This document shows, in pieces, positions 34,466 through 36,463 of a DNA stretch of 36,463 nt. The position numbers and the translations under genes were made by a program. This stretch comes from a virus. Taxonomy: Duplodnaviria; Caudoviricetes. The stretch is taken from positions 1 to 36,463 of the IMG/VR virus record IMGVR_UViG_3300028633_000022; one strand, 5' to 3'. The notes beneath the pieces were generated by a model that saw only the letters and a list, made by a program, of their open reading frames with translations, did not search any database and was not told where the DNA came from. Numbering within the stretch: the first letter of the stretch is position 1; every line of letters starts with the position of its first letter.

Positions 34466-35299
34466 TTACTCTGTTCGCTTCCACATATAAACTACAACAT
34501 AAGGTGGCAAGTTATTGTGCGCCGCTCCGCCGCCTGTGTTCTGGTTGGTGGCGGTAGCGGCCGGAATCAGGTATTCTCCAGGGTCAAAACCGGAGGACGA
34601 AGTATCTTTGTCTGCGAATATATCCCACGTTGTGGCAGTTCCAGTTGTTAGGCGTTTTTCTAGCGAACTCAGGTCGTGTTGATGGGGATTCTGCACATGC
34701 GTATGCTCCGGCATCTCGGCGCTGGTGAGCTTATGCGTCTTCTCGCCCCCGGTCTCCTCCGCTGTATCGAAGTCCTCGTCCTCGCTGGTCTGGCCCACCA
34801 GGAATTGTCCCTCGGCTATTCGTTCCCATGTGCCAAAGCCCAACAAGGTTCCAGGGTTGGTGGCCAGGACAGACAGGAAGATGGATCCAACCGGCCAGGC
34901 AGCTTCTATCCCATCGCCCGATCCTGATGGAGAGGCGGTTTTCTGGTAAGAATACTTGCCGCCAGAGGCAATCCACTGCCCGCCCTCTACGGAGTCTATC
35001 AGGTACGGTATGTTCTCCTCATCGTAGGCGCTCCCATAGGCACTTGCACTTGGTGAGACTAGGGGCATCTCATTCCAGACATACTGGGTGAAAGGCATGT
35101 GCCCTCCGGGACTATCCGGCTCCTGGATCGCCACCACCATGCTGCCCGACCGAGAAGCTCCCAGCAGGCTTAGCTCTGGGCTGGGATCATCTATGTCTGC
35201 AACAGCCAGCACCACAGCTCCAGGAGGTATGGCCCCAGCAGGGATGCTCCCATACCCAAATGAATCAGTGAGAGGAGTCGTAAACTCAATCAGACTCAT
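34466..35299 (-). CDS. phage baseplate/tail-fibre collar protein
   Basis: WPVGSIFLS..NP...GFGTWE, GGEKTHKLT..EMPEHTH, HNNLPPY..VYMWKR; ATG 35299 overlaps upstream stop. Confidence 0.85.
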   Translation of the reverse strand: MSLIEFTTPLTDSFGYGSIPAGAIPPGAVVLAVADIDDPSPELSLLGASRSGSMVVAIQEPDSPGGHMPFTQYVWNEMPLVSPSASAYGSAYDEENIPYLIDSVEGGQWIASGGKYSYQKTASPSGSGDGIEAAWPVGSIFLSVLATNPGTLLGFGTWERIAEGQFLVGQTSEDEDFDTAEETGGEKTHKLTSAEMPEHTHVQNPHQHDLSSLEKRLTTGTATTWDIFADKDTSSSGFDPGEYLIPAATATNQNTGGGAAHNNLPPYVVVYMWKRTE

Positions 35300-36462
35300 A
35301 TGGCAACCTTTCCCGATCCCCAAGAAGAGTGATAAAACATGGCATCTACATATTCCACAAACTCAAATTCCATCCGCTCCCTAGAGTTCTCCTGGGCTGG
35401 AATGAGCTTCTTGTTGACCAGCTGGTACTGTATCCTCTCCTCATTTGGCCTGGCTATTGCAAAGGTGTCAAACCTGCTCCCCGTATAAACTCCGTCCACC
35501 TCTATGACCTGGGTGTCTTCGTCCCAGGGACCAACAACATCGAGCTCGTATCTGTCTCCATCCGGATCTATGGCGAAAAACTTGGCCTTTCCGGAGTAGG
35601 TGGCTGCGGCCATGTTCACGTACTGATCCAGGCGTATGAGTGAGGCGGAGGAATGATCTCCTCCCAGCCTTCCACTGAAGGAGTGAACATTAGTTGGGTG
35701 GATTATCTCCACCACCTCCCCACGTTCGCAGAATATTGCCTCGGGACCAGTCTGGAGCTTCCCATGTCTGGTGATCATCTCCGTCTTCTGCATCCTGAAT
35801 GTTGCCTCTCTTAAAGCCTGGTCTCTGGTTATGCAACCCCTAAGCTCGATAGATGCTATCTTGGGCTGTGTCGTGAGGGACTCAAACCAGGTTGCCTTGG
35901 CTATCACTGATGTGCGCTGGTAGTTCCTTGCACTGTCCCAATAAATAATCTCAACAGCATCCACCTTCTCTGGCTTCTCATAGGTTTCCCAGGAAAAGGA
36001 GTTTTTGATTATGTTGCCTCTGGAGAAGACATAGGAGGAAGTTCGGGGCTTATCGATGAGAACAGTCCATGTATCTCCATATTGGACTATTTTCGCCCTT
36101 CCTACTTGCTCCACGTGGTAGAACAGATTATCGCTGACGCTGCCATTCTCATCAAACGCTATGTGACACTCAGCCCTCGCCACACCGTCTACAAGACCAG
36201 AGCACCAGAGCTCCCACTCCTCCCAGGCAGTCTTGTTGATCTTGGTAGGGGAGATGCCCCGTCCTGTTCTTGGGTCAGTAAGCCCAAAATACGCCACATA
36301 GGGAGGACAGTAGGCAGTCACATTCATATATCCTGTATCAGCCCAGTTCCTCACGGCAACTAAGCCTCTGCTCTGCACTATCCTTATGGGAGGGACCTGG
36401 CCGCTAACGTTGTCGGTGGCCTTAATTCCTACTGTGACCATTTGCACTCCGGGATAGAGCAG
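35296..36462 (-). CDS. TipJ/host-specificity-like central tail protein (5' end outside window)
   Basis: frame open to window edge (LLYPGVQM...); GNI...SF, GCITRDQALR, GEVVEI.H. Confidence 0.75.
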   Translation of the reverse strand: MLYPGVQMVTVGIKATDNVSGQVPPIRIVQSRGLVAVRNWADTGYMNVTAYCPPYVAYFGLTDPRTGRGISPTKINKTAWEEWELWCSGLVDGVARAECHIAFDENGSVSDNLFYHVEQVGRAKIVQYGDTWTVLIDKPRTSSYVFSRGNIIKNSFSWETYEKPEKVDAVEIIYWDSARNYQRTSVIAKATWFESLTTQPKIASIELRGCITRDQALREATFRMQKTEMITRHGKLQTGPEAIFCERGEVVEIIHPTNVHSFSGRLGGDHSSASLIRLDQYVNMAAATYSGKAKFFAIDPDGDRYELDVVGPWDEDTQVIEVDGVYTGSRFDTFAIARPNEERIQYQLVNKKLIPAQENSRERMEFEFVEYVDAMFYHSSWGSGKVAI

Positions 36463-36463
36463 A

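Noticed and set aside
31894-36363. + strand ORFs within the tail region
   Set aside because: Antisense to well-supported tail genes and without recognisable motifs
1-36463. Genome-wide amber recoding
   Set aside because: Long genes are intact in the standard code and TAG ends several genes at sensible boundaries; only one internal TAG was seen

Overview
This window is part of a tailed dsDNA phage genome; no host housekeeping genes or integrase are visible. The many Fe-S/radical-SAM genes, a lipoprotein and kdsB suggest an anaerobic Gram-negative host (inference). Positions 1-31.8 kb are a + strand arm. It starts with an early region of small ORFs, a type II hammerhead ribozyme, a pentapeptide-repeat protein and a SNF2 helicase. 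A near-complete replication/recombination set follows: primase, initiator, DnaC-like loader, DnaB-like helicase, beta clamp, DnaX-like clamp loader, a family A polymerase split into UDG-exonuclease and polymerase genes, SSB, UvsY-like, RecA-like, resolvase, Mre11 and a split Rad50. This arm converges at a hairpin with a - strand tail arm (beta-helix tailspike-like protein with an apparent signal peptide, collar/baseplate protein, partial TipJ-like protein). The best candidate for an undescribed system is the 11.4-17.6 kb cluster inside the replisome genes: DUF362 Fe-S protein, two SPL-like radical SAM enzymes, a DUF2156-like transferase and a TET/JBP-associated-type glycosyltransferase with an in-frame TAG. 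No TET/JBP gene lies in the window, so this may be an oxygen-independent DNA hypermodification pathway. Also seen: two C4-like antisense RNA structures behind matching promoters and a repeated hairpin-plus-motif element in the early region. All family calls come from motifs recognised by eye; no searches were run.
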